Assembly (NCBI GenBank): GCA_963803975.1
Contig: CAWDOY010000053.1
Coordinates: 64,001-128,000 of the forward strand
Length of the DNA: 64,000 nt
Source of the DNA: an uncultured delta proteobacterium
GTDB lineage: Bacteria > Desulfobacterota > WTBG01 > CAIYCZ01
Direction: 5' to 3'
The notes beneath the pieces were generated by a model. The model searched no databases and was not told where the DNA came from. It saw nothing but the letters and a program-made list of their open reading frames with translations. Numbering within the stretch: position 1 is the first letter of the stretch; each line of letters starts with the position of its first letter. This document shows, piece after piece, positions 12,247 through 22,669 of the stretch. The position numbers and the translations under genes are program-made.

Positions 12247-12823
12247 TCAGGCGTCCGGCATTTTCTTGTGAAACTGATTCATTGCGCCTCAGGTCCTTCA
12301 ATTAAAACGGCTTTTTAAACACTGTCCTGCCCGAACTAATTATTTCATCTAAATTCTTTTCCTCTTCCTCAGAAAAGGACTGCAATACAAATGCAGTTTC
12401 ATCTGCTCCACGTGGCGGCCTGCCTATGCCGATTCTGATGCGCACAAAATAATTTTCTTTTAGACAGTCAATTATGGATTCTATCCCCCGATGACCGCCG
12501 CTGCCACCTTTGCTTTTGATTTTGACCTGACCGAATTTCAGATCAAGATCATCATGAATAATAATTATATTTGACGGCGCTATCCGGAAGTCATGAGCAA
12601 GGGCTGTTATTGCTTCACCGCTCAGGTTCATAAAGGTTGCAGGTTTTGCCAGAACTACCGGGATGTCCCAAAGAGTCCCCTGCCCAATTAAGGCCTGCGC
12701 TGTTTGCTGTTTTAAGGGAATCTTATTCTGGTGAGCGATGTAATCGAGAACGCGGTAGCCAAGATTATGGCGAGTTACTTGATATACTGCCCCTGGATTC
12801 CCCAATCCCCCTATCAGTTTCAC
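12247..12823 (-). CDS. pth: Peptidyl-tRNA hydrolase (C-terminal frameshift)
   Basis: GLGNPG..Y..TRHNLG, KP.TFMNLSG, HDDLDL, GGSGGHRG; the typical MNQFH tail is in a shifted frame ending at 12247. Confidence 0.92.
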
Positions 12824-12849
12824 ATACTGTTCCCTGTTTCATTGACTGG

Positions 12850-13539
12850 CTAAGCTGATTTTTTCTTTTCCCCTGATTTTATCTCTTCCCCGGGTTTTTT
12901 CTCTACTTCAGGCGCGGGTGTTGGTACACCCTCTTCTGCTACCGGCACTTCCTCTTTTACTACTGTTGGAGCAATAACGCCCACCACCGGGGCGGAAAGA
13001 TCCTCATGAATTTCAAGATGTGCAGAAATATTGATATCAGAGATGTGCAGGGACTGACCAATGTCCAGACCGGATACATCAACGTCAAAAGCCTGTGGAA
13101 TGTCAGAGGGGAAGCACTTGATTTTAATTTCGCGCAGCATCTGCTGCAATATTCCGCCCATTTTCACCCCGGGGGCTTTTCCCGTAACATTGACGCGCAC
13201 CGGGACGATTATTTTTTCATCCATCCTGACTGCATATAAGTCAATATGCAGTATCTTGTGGGTAATGGGATCGCGCTGAATTTCTTTTATCATGATATCC
13301 TTGGCCGGGATATCACTGCGATCCTCTATTGATAGCTTATGCAGAGCATGCTCCCCGGCGCTATGCCCGACGGGTTTCAATATGGTAGAGAGTTCGGCAG
13401 CGCTTATGGTGAGCGTAACCGGCGGGAAATTGTGCCCATAGAGCACAGCCGGGATCAAGCCTTGATCGCGCAAACGGAACGCTGCATTTTTACCTTTGTT
13501 GTTACGGCTCTGTGCCTTTATTACAGTGGTATCATTCAT
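12850..13539 (-). CDS. rplY: 50S ribosomal protein L25/Ctc
   Basis: R..GKNAAFRLR..G.IPAVLYG, KEIQRDP..ILHIDL, GVKMGG; synteny prs-rplY-pth. Confidence 0.93.
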   Translation of the reverse strand: MNDTTVIKAQSRNNKGKNAAFRLRDQGLIPAVLYGHNFPPVTLTISAAELSTILKPVGHSAGEHALHKLSIEDRSDIPAKDIMIKEIQRDPITHKILHIDLYAVRMDEKIIVPVRVNVTGKAPGVKMGGILQQMLREIKIKCFPSDIPQAFDVDVSGLDIGQSLHISDINISAHLEIHEDLSAPVVGVIAPTVVKEEVPVAEEGVPTPAPEVEKKPGEEIKSGEKKKSA

Positions 13540-13598
13540 ACGTGCTCCCAACAACTATTAGGGTGAATTAATTTTGGTACAGCCAAAAATCCTCTGTT

Positions 13599-14537
13599 TT
13601 AGATAAAAAGTGAGCTTACAGAATCATTGTCATGTATTCTTTTTATTGCCTCAGCTAACAGATTGCCAACTGAGATGACTTTAATCTTATTGGTATATTG
13701 GGTCTTGTTACAAAGGGGAATGGTATCGGTGACCACCAGTTCTTTCAGAGAGCATTTATTAATCTTTTCAATGGAAGATCCGGACAGAACCGGATGAATG
13801 CAGCATGCTGATACACTCTTTGCACCGCGTTCAGCAAGTGCATCCGCTGCCTGGGTGAGTGTTCCCGCCGTATCCACCATATCGTCCATAATAAGGGTAG
13901 TTTTATTTACTATGTCGCCAATAACATTCATAACCTGAGACTCATTGGGACGATCACGACGTTTATCTATGATCGCCAGGGAAGCTCCCAAGCGTTTAGC
14001 GATAGCACGGGCCCGCTCCACCCCTCCGGCATCAGGAGACACGATTACCAGGTCATCCTGGTACTGTTCACGAAGGTACTCAATCAGCACGGGTGTAGCA
14101 AACAGGTTATCCACGGGAATATTAAAAAAACCCTGAATTTGCCCTGCATGCAGATCTATCGTCAGCACTCTGTCGGCACCAGCAGCGGTGAGCAGATCAG
14201 CAATCAGTTTTGCAGATATGGGCACACGGGGAGCGACTTTTCTATCCTGTCTGGCATAACCATAATAGGGAATAGTTGCAGTAATTCTCTCCGCCGAAGC
14301 TCTTTTCATGGCGTCAATCATTATCAGGAGTTCCATGAGGTGATCGTTAACCGGGACACACATGGACTGGATGATAAAGACATCCGTACCCCGGACATTC
14401 TCCTGGATCTCTACCATTATTTCACCATCACTGAACGTGCCTACCTTGGCTTTGCCTAATGATGTATTGAAGCAGCGACACATCTCTTCAGCCAGGGGTA
14501 AATTGGAATTTCCCGCAAATATTTTCAAATTAGTCAA
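13599..14537 (-). CDS. prs: Ribose-phosphate pyrophosphokinase
   Basis: [43 protein letters not shown]. Confidence 0.97.
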   Translation of the reverse strand: MTNLKIFAGNSNLPLAEEMCRCFNTSLGKAKVGTFSDGEIMVEIQENVRGTDVFIIQSMCVPVNDHLMELLIMIDAMKRASAERITATIPYYGYARQDRKVAPRVPISAKLIADLLTAAGADRVLTIDLHAGQIQGFFNIPVDNLFATPVLIEYLREQYQDDLVIVSPDAGGVERARAIAKRLGASLAIIDKRRDRPNESQVMNVIGDIVNKTTLIMDDMVDTAGTLTQAADALAERGAKSVSACCIHPVLSGSSIEKINKCSLKELVVTDTIPLCNKTQYTNKIKVISVGNLLAEAIKRIHDNDSVSSLFI

Positions 14538-14599
14538 TGACGGCGCCTTTCCTGATATAGGGTTTTATATTGCTGATGTGGATTGCGCAGCACGAGCTC

Positions 14600-15478
14600 C
14601 TAAGAGAGCGGTGCAATCACGTGCTCATCTACTGCACTCTGGACAATAAAAACCCTTTGATGGGGGGAGAGAGCTAATTTTGAAAGAGCTTTCTGAGCCC
14701 GTTTCTCGTCCGGGAATATCCCGAATACCGATGAACCGCTCCCGCTCATTAGTGAGCCATAAGCCCCTGCTTTTATGAGGCCATTCTTGATTTTTTGAAT
14801 TTCAGGATATTGTTCTGTCACCACCTGCTCCAGATCATTAAACAGAATGGGCAGCACCTGGTGGATATCCCTAAATGAATTAAGAAGCTTAATATGTTTT
14901 GCCTTATTTGTCAATATTTTATAATTCCGGTATGCCCATGCGGTAGCAACACTAAAACCCGGATAGAGCACTATAAACCAAAGAGGTCTTGCGAGGGTAA
15001 CCGGGCTGAGACGCTCCCCGATGCCGCCGGCCCTGGCAGTGTTTTTAGAGTAAACAAAAAAAGGAACGTCCGCACCGAGCGCAACGCCCAGTTTTCTCAA
15101 CGAGCTGTTGGTCAGGTTACACCCCAGAAGTTTGTTTAACCCTTTAAGCACTGCGGCAGCATTGCTGCTACCTCCTCCTAACCCTGCCCCGACCGGTATC
15201 TTTTTTCTGATGTGAATTGAAACGCCGGTTGAGATGCGCGCGCTCTGTAAGAGGGCATGGGCCGCCTGATATGCAAGATTTCTTGCATCGCAGGGGATTG
15301 TCGGGTCATCGATAGTAACTGCTATGCCCGGTTGAGAAGATAGTCTCAGCTCTATTTCATCATACAGGCTGATTTTATGCAGGATAGTCTGAAGCTCATG
15401 GTATCCATCAGCTCTTTTTCTCAGGATTCTAAGAGTTAAATTTATTTTTGCAGGTGAGCGAATAGTTAATTCATCCAA
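14600..15478 (-). CDS. ispE: 4-diphosphocytidyl-2-C-methyl-D-erythritol kinase
   Basis: SPAKINL, DGYHEL, KKIPVGAGLGGGSSNAA, GADVPFF, NDLE, MSGSGS. Confidence 0.95.
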   Translation of the reverse strand: MDELTIRSPAKINLTLRILRKRADGYHELQTILHKISLYDEIELRLSSQPGIAVTIDDPTIPCDARNLAYQAAHALLQSARISTGVSIHIRKKIPVGAGLGGGSSNAAAVLKGLNKLLGCNLTNSSLRKLGVALGADVPFFVYSKNTARAGGIGERLSPVTLARPLWFIVLYPGFSVATAWAYRNYKILTNKAKHIKLLNSFRDIHQVLPILFNDLEQVVTEQYPEIQKIKNGLIKAGAYGSLMSGSGSSVFGIFPDEKRAQKALSKLALSPHQRVFIVQSAVDEHVIAPLS

Positions 15479-15487
15479 CGGGTGTTC

Positions 15488-15910
15488 CTATGGTGCAATT
15501 CTGTCTTTTTCGGTTTCCCTGACATAGCGCATTCTGAGATCATAGAGCAAATTGCTGAGCAGCGCTTCTTCCTCCTTGGCCAGATTTCCGGCAGTCTTTT
15601 CCTTGAGCATGCCGAGAATGTCAATAGTCTGTTTTGCCATTATGAGGTTGCGCTGCATTTTGTTGGTTATCGGGTCAGGGATTTCTCCGAAATGATAAAG
15701 GGCTGAAGAACTGAGTGAGAGAACAAACGATGCAAAATTAATTTCGGGAGGCAGGGTTTTCTGCATGTTTGACGCTGGTTCTGCAGCTGTTTTGGTATCT
15801 TCGGTGGCGGTGTTGTTAGTTTCGCTTGGAGCAGACTGGACAGGGTTACCGTGCTCATCAAAACTTCGTTTATCCTTGATCGTGAAACCGGAATCCTTTT
15901 CTTCTGTCAT
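15488..15910 (-). CDS. DUF1844 family protein
   Basis: GFTIKDKR, F..FVLSLSSSALYHFGE, AKQTIDILGMLKEKT.GNL, LYDLRMRYV. Confidence 0.85.
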   Translation of the reverse strand: MTEEKDSGFTIKDKRSFDEHGNPVQSAPSETNNTATEDTKTAAEPASNMQKTLPPEINFASFVLSLSSSALYHFGEIPDPITNKMQRNLIMAKQTIDILGMLKEKTAGNLAKEEEALLSNLLYDLRMRYVRETEKDRIAP

Positions 15911-16153
15911 ATATACCTCCTGTATGCACTGAGCGTATTATACATTAAAGGGAACGTGCTGAACGGTTCTGCACACCTGCATAGATGCTTGCTATACGAT
16001 ACATGAGCAAAGAAGAACGCACACACTATCCCGGTGCTGCCGCCGCACCACTGACCGATCAGGATGCTGCGTGCCGGTTAATATACCGTGAGCAGCAGCT
16101 CTGTTTTCAGCTGATTACCCGGATGCTGATAGCTCCTTGTAGCGCGGAGCAAC

Positions 16154-16738
16154 CTAAGGTAACTTTTGGGTTTCTTTCCAAGTATAATAAATTCTGTGGA
16201 AAACGGTTAGATGAGTAAAAAGGGCCATAAGCCACATGATGATTTCCATGCTGTTAAAAAAGGTGCCGGCGGCAAGGAGCAGAATCCGTTCTGCCCGCTC
16301 CATGAGGCCCACCTTGCACTCCGGAATCAGCGCCTCAGCCTTTGCCCGTGTGTAGGGAATGAGCACTGTACCGAGTGATGCAATAGAGCACAGGCTCACC
16401 ATAAATATTTTCCCCTGCAGTGCATAAAAGATAATCAGTGCTATAAGCAGCGACATGTCTGAATAGCGGTCAATGACAGAATCAATAAAGCCCCCGAAGT
16501 GAGAGGTTTTGCGCTGGGTGCGGGCTGTGGCTCCGTCAAGCATATCAAAGAATCCTGCGACTAAAATAAGCAGGGCAGCACTTTTCCAGTATCCGGCAAT
16601 AATCGCCGCTGCAGCAATCAGATTGACCAGCAAGCCGATGAGCGTGAGAGCTGTGGGGTGCACCCGCTCAAGAACCGTATTTTTTATCAGCCAGGAAAGA
16701 GGCCGATCTAATTCATGTCCCAAGATTGCACTGATCAT
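16154..16738 (-). CDS. CDP-alcohol phosphatidyltransferase family protein
   Basis: DMLDGATAR..S.FGGFIDSVIDRYSD motif; GLMERAER. Confidence 0.9.
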   Translation of the reverse strand: MISAILGHELDRPLSWLIKNTVLERVHPTALTLIGLLVNLIAAAAIIAGYWKSAALLILVAGFFDMLDGATARTQRKTSHFGGFIDSVIDRYSDMSLLIALIIFYALQGKIFMVSLCSIASLGTVLIPYTRAKAEALIPECKVGLMERAERILLLAAGTFFNSMEIIMWLMALFTHLTVFHRIYYTWKETQKLP

Positions 16739-16791
16739 TGATGAAATAACGAAGCCGGTTTCAGAATAGGGTTAATCTTTCCCATAAAAAC

Positions 16792-16823
16792 AGGGGAAGA
16801 GAACTGTTTAGAACTCTTCCCCT
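16792..16823 (-). terminator. Intrinsic terminator after dnaK
   Basis: AGGGGAAGAG ... CTCTTCCCCT stem followed by a T-run on the minus strand. Confidence 0.7.
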
Positions 16824-16871
16824 TTGTAGTGGCTTTCACGAATTTGTCAAGCAGAAAAATATTCCTGACAG

Positions 16872-18773
16872 CTACTTTTTAGTTTCTTCAAATTCAGCAT
16901 CCACGACATCTTCCTGTCCGCCTGCCTTGGCTCCACTGCCTGGAGGAGGCGGCGGCGGTGATTGAGAACCTTCTGAAGCTTTCTGATAGATAATTTCTGC
17001 GAGTTTATGCGATGCCTTGTTCAGGGCTTCCATCTTCTCCTTTATCTGGGAGGTGTTGCCAGAATCCATTGCTTCCCGCGTTTCTTTGATGGCATCCTCA
17101 ATGTTTTTAATGTCCGGCTCAGAAAGTTTCGCCTTGTTTTCACTGAGTATTTTTTCCGTATTGTAAGCCAGAGAATCTGCCTGGTTTCGTATTTCAATCT
17201 CTTCCCGTCTTTGCTTATCCTCTTCAGCATGCGCTTCAGCTTCTTTTACCATCTTATCAATGTCATCTCTGTTTAACCCGCTTGAAGCAGTAATGGTTAT
17301 CTTCTGTTCCTTTCCGGTACCCAGGTCTTTTGCCGAAACATTGACAATGCCGTTTGCATCAATATCAAAGGTGACTTCAACCTGCGGCACGCCGCGAGGG
17401 GCAGCGGGCATGCCGACCAGCTGAAATTTGCCCAGAGTCCGGTTATCACGTGCCATGTCCCGTTCGCCCTGCAGCACATGTATCTCTACGCTGGTCTGAT
17501 TGTCTGCAGCAGTGGTGAAGATTTCGCTTTTACGGGTTGGAATGGTTGTGTTGCGCTCAATGAGCCGTGTGGTCACGCCGCCCAGCGTTTCAATGCCCAG
17601 CGACAGGGGTGTCACATCAAGCAGCAGTACATTTTTCACCTCTCCGGAAAGAACGCCAGCCTGAACAGCTGCGCCCAGCCCCACCACCTCATCGGGATTA
17701 ACTCCCTTGTGGGGCTCTTTCCCGAACAGGGTTTTTACCAGTTCCTGCACTTTTGGTATTCTGGTGGAGCCTCCGACCAGAATCGCTTCATCAATATTAT
17801 TGGCAGTAAATCCCGCATCTTTGAGAGCCTGTATACAGGGTCCTTTGGATCTTTCAATAATATCATCCATCATCTGTTCTAACTTGGACCGGGAGAGCTT
17901 CATGTTCAGGTGTTTGGGTCCTGACGCATCAGCAGTCACGAAAGGCAGGTTAATCTCGGTCTCAAGCGTTGATGAAAGCTCAATTTTTGCTTTTTCTGCC
18001 GCTTCCTTCAGCCTCTGGAGCGCCATCTTGTCCTTGCTTAAATCAATACCCTGATCTTTCCTGAATTCTGCAATCAGCCAGTCTATAATCCGCTGATCAA
18101 TATTATCCCCGCCCAGATGGGTATCGCCGTTGGTCGCCTTTACCTCAATAACATTGTCGCCCACCTCAAGAATTGAGATATCAAAGGTGCCGCCACCGAA
18201 GTCATACACGGCAATGGTCTCATCCTTTTTCTTATCCAGTCCGTATGCAAGCGCTGATGCCGTCGGCTCATTGATAATACGATGGACATTCAACCCGGCG
18301 ATTTTGCCGGCATCCTTGGTGGCCTGACGCTGGCTGTCATTAAAATAAGCAGGAACGGTTACGACCGCATCCGGTACTTCAGTGCCAAGATATGCTTCAG
18401 CCGCTTTTTTCAATTTTTGTAAAATCTTTGCCGATATTTCCGGGGGTGTATACAATTTGCCCTGGATCTCAACCCGTGCATCACCATTTGGTCCCTTCAC
18501 TACTTTATACGGAACCATTTTCATCTCTTCATTAACTTCCTCATACCTGCGCCCCATAAACCGTTTTATGGAATAGATGGTATTTTCCGGATTCGTTATT
18601 GCCTGCCGCTTGGCCACCTGTCCGACCAGTATTTCCCCGTCTTTGGTAAATGCTACTACAGACGGTGTCAGGCGGCTTCCCTCCTCATTAATTATCACTG
18701 TCGGCTCTCCGCCTTCCATAACAGCCACCACCGAATTTGTAGTGCCAAGATCAATCCCAATCGCTTTTGCCAT
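16872..18773 (-). CDS. dnaK: Chaperone DnaK
   Basis: [55 protein letters not shown]. Confidence 0.98.
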   Translation of the reverse strand: MAKAIGIDLGTTNSVVAVMEGGEPTVIINEEGSRLTPSVVAFTKDGEILVGQVAKRQAITNPENTIYSIKRFMGRRYEEVNEEMKMVPYKVVKGPNGDARVEIQGKLYTPPEISAKILQKLKKAAEAYLGTEVPDAVVTVPAYFNDSQRQATKDAGKIAGLNVHRIINEPTASALAYGLDKKKDETIAVYDFGGGTFDISILEVGDNVIEVKATNGDTHLGGDNIDQRIIDWLIAEFRKDQGIDLSKDKMALQRLKEAAEKAKIELSSTLETEINLPFVTADASGPKHLNMKLSRSKLEQMMDDIIERSKGPCIQALKDAGFTANNIDEAILVGGSTRIPKVQELVKTLFGKEPHKGVNPDEVVGLGAAVQAGVLSGEVKNVLLLDVTPLSLGIETLGGVTTRLIERNTTIPTRKSEIFTTAADNQTSVEIHVLQGERDMARDNRTLGKFQLVGMPAAPRGVPQVEVTFDIDANGIVNVSAKDLGTGKEQKITITASSGLNRDDIDKMVKEAEAHAEEDKQRREEIEIRNQADSLAYNTEKILSENKAKLSEPDIKNIEDAIKETREAMDSGNTSQIKEKMEALNKASHKLAEIIYQKASEGSQSPPPPPPGSGAKAGGQEDVVDAEFEETKK

Positions 18774-18874
18774 GTTCTACCTCCTTGTTCTTCAGTACCT
18801 GTATTATTGTTAAATTATAATTAAAAATATTTAATCCAGTGTTTCACATATTCAGTTATATTTATTTCTGAGTA

Positions 18875-18903
18875 AATATAATAATCATCCGGCGGGAAGT
18901 CAA
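18875..18903 (-). promoter_or_regulatory. Sigma70-type promoter for dnaK
   Basis: Minus strand TTGACT-17 nt-TATATT. Confidence 0.6.
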
Positions 18904-18967
18904 TGGCCGTGGAGATATTTTTGCGTTTTAATGTGCTCGTGCTGTCAGGGAAGGAATATCGTAACGA

Positions 18968-20312
18968 CTAAACTTCACTTTCTCTGGATGTATAATTTTC
19001 AAACCGGGTGTAGCGGTCTATAAAGGCCAGGCGAATTTCTCCGGTGGGACCGTTACGCTGCTTGCCAATAATGATTTCGGCAGAGCCCTTGTCTTGCGAA
19101 TCAGGGTTATAAACCTCATCCCGGTAGAGAAACAGAATCACATCTGCATCCTGTTCAATGGCTCCGGACTCCCGCAGGTCAGCAAGCTGGGGCTTCTTTA
19201 CTGCCCGGTCTTCAACTCGTCGGTTGAGCTGGGATAGTGCTATGACCGGAAGCTTAAGCTCCTTTGCCAGCGCTTTGAGGGAACGTGAGATATCAGATAT
19301 TTCCTGCTCCCGGCTGTCAATAGTGCTGCGCCCCCTCATAAGTTGCAGATAGTCTACTATCACCATACCCAGACCATGCTCTGACTTGAGCCTCCGGGCC
19401 TTAGCCCGCATTTCAAGCACTCCCATCCCGGGTGTATCGTCGATAAAAATTTTTGTCTCCGAGAGTCTCCCTGCTCCCCGGGTAAGCTTTGGCCAGTCGG
19501 ATTCAGTTAAAAAACCGCTTCTCATTTTGTGTGCATCGACCCGTGCTTCTGAGCAGAGCATGCGCAGGGCAAGCTGCTCTTTTGACATTTCCAGGGAAAA
19601 GATAACGATGGGAATTTTTGACTCATAAGCGGCATTTTGCGCGATATTTAAGCAAAAGGCCGTTTTTCCCATGCTGGGCCTGCCGGCTATGATTATAAGG
19701 TCTGAAGGCTGGAAACCTGATGTGATCTGGTCAAGCTCGGTGAATCCGGTTGCTACACCGGTAATAAGCTCTTTTTTATTATAAAGTTTTTCAATGGTTT
19801 TAAAGCTTGCTTTTAGTATTTCCTTGAGCGGATAGACAGAAGACTTAATTTGATCTTCGGAGATATCAAAGATGCTTTTTTCGGCAAAGTCCAGCAACTC
19901 GCCAACTTCGTCCTGATTCGAGTAGCCGCGGGTTGCTATTTCGGTTGCACAATAGATGAGGCGCCGGAGAACCGCCTTTTCTTTGACTATTTTTGCATAG
20001 TATTCGATGTTTGCCGCGGTTGGGATCTGGTCACACAGGGTGGTCAGATAGGAAGCGCCGCCGACCTCCTCCAGTTTATTTTTGTTGCGCAGGTGCTCGG
20101 TGAGGGTAATCAAGGTCGGCTGGCTCATTTTTTTCAAAGAGCTCAATCATGGACTGAAAAATGAGCCGATGGGATTCACGGTAAAAATCTTCCGGGTGTA
20201 TGATCTCAATCGACTTGAGGAGTGCCTCGTTTTCGATGAGAATGGCTCCGATTACTGATTGTTCGGCTTCATTATTTTGCGGAGGCAGTTTCGAGGTATG
20301 CTGGGGTGCCAT
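18968..20312 (-). CDS. dnaB: Replicative DNA helicase (frameshift near 20.1 kb)
   Basis: ORF 20076-20312 (PPQNNEAEQSVIG) plus ORF 18968-20146 (AGRPSMGKT, DYLQL, LSQLNR, DLRESGAIEQDAD, KQRNGP). Confidence 0.95.
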
Positions 20313-20455
20313 GTTTATTTCAGGGAAAGAGCGGTGTGCAGAAGGTCAGGCTGCGTTTTTACTGTTTGTTTTATTTTTATATATAGTGTTTGGAGCCTGC
20401 ATCTGCTGGCAGCCGGGGTGCCAGAGGTCTGGTTTCTGCCGGTGGAAGTTGTTTA

Positions 20456-20899
20456 TTATTCCTTGACCACCCACAGTTTAAGCGCGGCTGTGACCTCAGT
20501 ATGCAGTTTTATAGGGATTTGGTAAATTCCCAGAGCTTTAATTGGTTCGGGAAGGATTATTCTCTTTCTATCAATTTCAATGCCTTCGAGCTTAAGGCTG
20601 GCTTCAATGTCCATGCTGGTTACAGAGCCGAACAGCTTGTCTTCCTCTCCGACTGCTTTCGCAACCGTGCAGGATACGGCTTCAATGCGGGCAGCCAGCT
20701 TTTCTGCTTCGCGTTTCGTCTTGCTGAGCTTTTCCCGTATCTGCCGCTTCTGGTGTTCCAGCTTTTTGATGTTCTGGGATGTTGCCTGGATTCCCTTTCC
20801 CTCGGGGATGAGATAGTTTCTGCCGAAGCCGTCTTTAACGGTTACGAGATCGCCGATGTTTCCAATCCCTGCAATATCTTGCGTGAGAATGACTTTCAT
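20456..20899 (-). CDS. rplI: 50S ribosomal protein L9
   Basis: MKVIL..G..GD.V.VKDGFGRNYLIP, KLFGSVT. Confidence 0.97.
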   Translation of the reverse strand: MKVILTQDIAGIGNIGDLVTVKDGFGRNYLIPEGKGIQATSQNIKKLEHQKRQIREKLSKTKREAEKLAARIEAVSCTVAKAVGEEDKLFGSVTSMDIEASLKLEGIEIDRKRIILPEPIKALGIYQIPIKLHTEVTAALKLWVVKE

Positions 20900-20953
20900 G
20901 CTGTTATTACCTGTTATGGTGGATGCTGTTTTTTTAGTTTTTATTAATGGCTG

Positions 20954-21202
20954 TTAGACACTGCTCGCAGAAAAAGGCAGAATACAAAGGACGCGAGCTT
21001 TTTTAATGGCCCTGGTTACTTTGCGCTGGTGCCTGGCGCAGGTGCCTGATATGCGCCGGGGAATAATCTTGCCGCGCTCGGTGACAAAATAGCGCAGGGC
21101 AGGGTAGTCCTTATGGGAGATCGGCACATTCTGATCAGAACAGAACCGGCATGTTTTACGTTTTTGATAAACATTTTTCTCTACGGGTATCGATTTTCTC
21201 AA
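20954..21202 (-). CDS. rpsR: 30S ribosomal protein S18
   Basis: [25 protein letters not shown]; likely TTG start at 21202 after GAGGAGG. Confidence 0.93.
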   Translation of the reverse strand: MRKSIPVEKNVYQKRKTCRFCSDQNVPISHKDYPALRYFVTERGKIIPRRISGTCARHQRKVTRAIKKARVLCILPFSASSV

Positions 21203-21280
21203 AGGTACCTCCTCACCTGTACACGCCCCAGGGTGACCATACAACCGGTCCCTGAAGCAGTAGTGCTATAGTATATTTTA

Positions 21281-21664
21281 TTATTCCTCTGCTGGAGGGC
21301 TGTCCAGTTCCTGATCAACAGATTGAATTTTTTCTTCCGCTTTCTCCGCTGCCGTCCCCTCTCCTGCAAGGGCTGCGGCGCTGTCAACTTTCAGCGTCTG
21401 ATAGCGCAGGATGTTTTCATTGAAACGCAGGGCATGGTCAATGTCATTCAGAATCTGCTGATTGCCCATGAAGCAAAGAAAAAAGTAATTGCCCTTCTGC
21501 TGCTTTTTGATGGTATACTGAAGCTTCTTTTTCCCCCACTTTTCTGTTTTCAGCACGGTACCGCTGTGAGTTGTAACGTACTCTTGCAGTTTGCCGAGCA
21601 GCGCTTCACTATCATTTTCGCTCATTTCAGGATGCGCAATGACACAGGTTTCATAGCATCTCAA
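21281..21664 (-). CDS. rpsF: 30S ribosomal protein S6
   Basis: YET..I.HP, WGKKKLQY.IKK..GNY, ILRY. Confidence 0.92.
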   Translation of the reverse strand: MRCYETCVIAHPEMSENDSEALLGKLQEYVTTHSGTVLKTEKWGKKKLQYTIKKQQKGNYFFLCFMGNQQILNDIDHALRFNENILRYQTLKVDSAAALAGEGTAAEKAEEKIQSVDQELDSPPAEE

Positions 21665-21698
21665 AGTGTGTTCCTCCAGATAGATAATACTAGTTACT

Positions 21699-22013
21699 TT
21701 AGGGGACTTGAATCTCTTTTATTTTAATTCTGGTGATGGGCTGCCGGTGGCCGGTTTTCTTCTGGTAGCCTTTCCTGCGCTTGGATTTGAAGATGATATT
21801 CTTTTTTGCTTTGGTCTGGCTGATTATTTCAGCAGTAACTTTTGCCTGGGCAAGCGTTGGATGTCCTACATCAACGGTTCCCTCGCTATTGACCATGAGG
21901 ATTTCCTCAAGCACTACGGTATCACCAGTGCTGCCTGCGAGCTTTTCAACGGTAAGCACATCTCCAGCAGCAACTTTATACTGTTTACCGCCGGTTTTGA
22001 CAATTGCATACAT
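21699..22013 (-). CDS. rplU: 50S ribosomal protein L21
   Basis: MYAIVKTGGKQYKV, KRRKGY.KK.GHRQ. Confidence 0.97.
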   Translation of the reverse strand: MYAIVKTGGKQYKVAAGDVLTVEKLAGSTGDTVVLEEILMVNSEGTVDVGHPTLAQAKVTAEIISQTKAKKNIIFKSKRRKGYQKKTGHRQPITRIKIKEIQVP

Positions 22014-22085
22014 AATCTGCTCCCTTGTAACATCTGTCCCCTGCGGTGATGAGGGGTTCTATAATGTCTTATTTTAAAAACAGAT

Positions 22086-22114
22086 AAAATAGTTAAATTA
22101 TCATTATTTGTCAA
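22086..22114 (-). promoter_or_regulatory. Sigma70-type promoter for the rplU-rpsF-rpsR-rplI-dnaB unit
   Basis: Minus strand TTGACA-17 nt-TATTTT. Confidence 0.6.
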
Positions 22115-22669
22115 GTGAATATTATCTATAGAATAAAAAAATCAATATGTCAAAGGTATCTATCCATATAACTTCAGCATTAAATAATGAACATCAGCGG
22201 CTTTTTGTGACACATCTTCGTACTGCCGCTCATTTCGCAAAGTTGTATGTAAGTCCAGCCAGCAGGTATGGACATAACTGCATGAATAGGCGTTTCATTA
22301 TTTTGGCGGCTGCTCCAGTATGAAGATCTTAGGGACGTGACTACTTACATTGCAATATAGCTCAGCTCTGCCAGTTTTACAATCGCCCACGTCAGGCTTG
22401 ATGTGGCTACACCAAGACACCGTGCAATCTCAGCCACTGAAAGCCCGATCTTTTCCGTGTCTCGTCATGCGATCTGGGCACGCAGGTAAGAAGCTTCCTT
22501 ATGACGGCTGATATGCCGCTTTCTCGCTTCGGAGCAGAATATGAACATGGTTGTCGGTGAGGCGGCAGTCTTAGCCGGAACATTTTGCGTCATGAACGTT
22601 TTGTCCAAGGCGTTCAAGGAACTGGGCTTATCGCATTTGTGTCGCGAAAGAATTTGATACATAGCGTTT

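Noticed and set aside
14538..14599. tRNA-Gln, often found between ispE and prs
   Set aside because: The gap is only ~60 bp and has no cloverleaf or TTC loop.
18774..18967. CIRCE (HrcA) operator upstream of dnaK
   Set aside because: No TTAGCACTC-N9-GAGTGCTAA visible; no grpE, dnaJ or hrcA adjacent.
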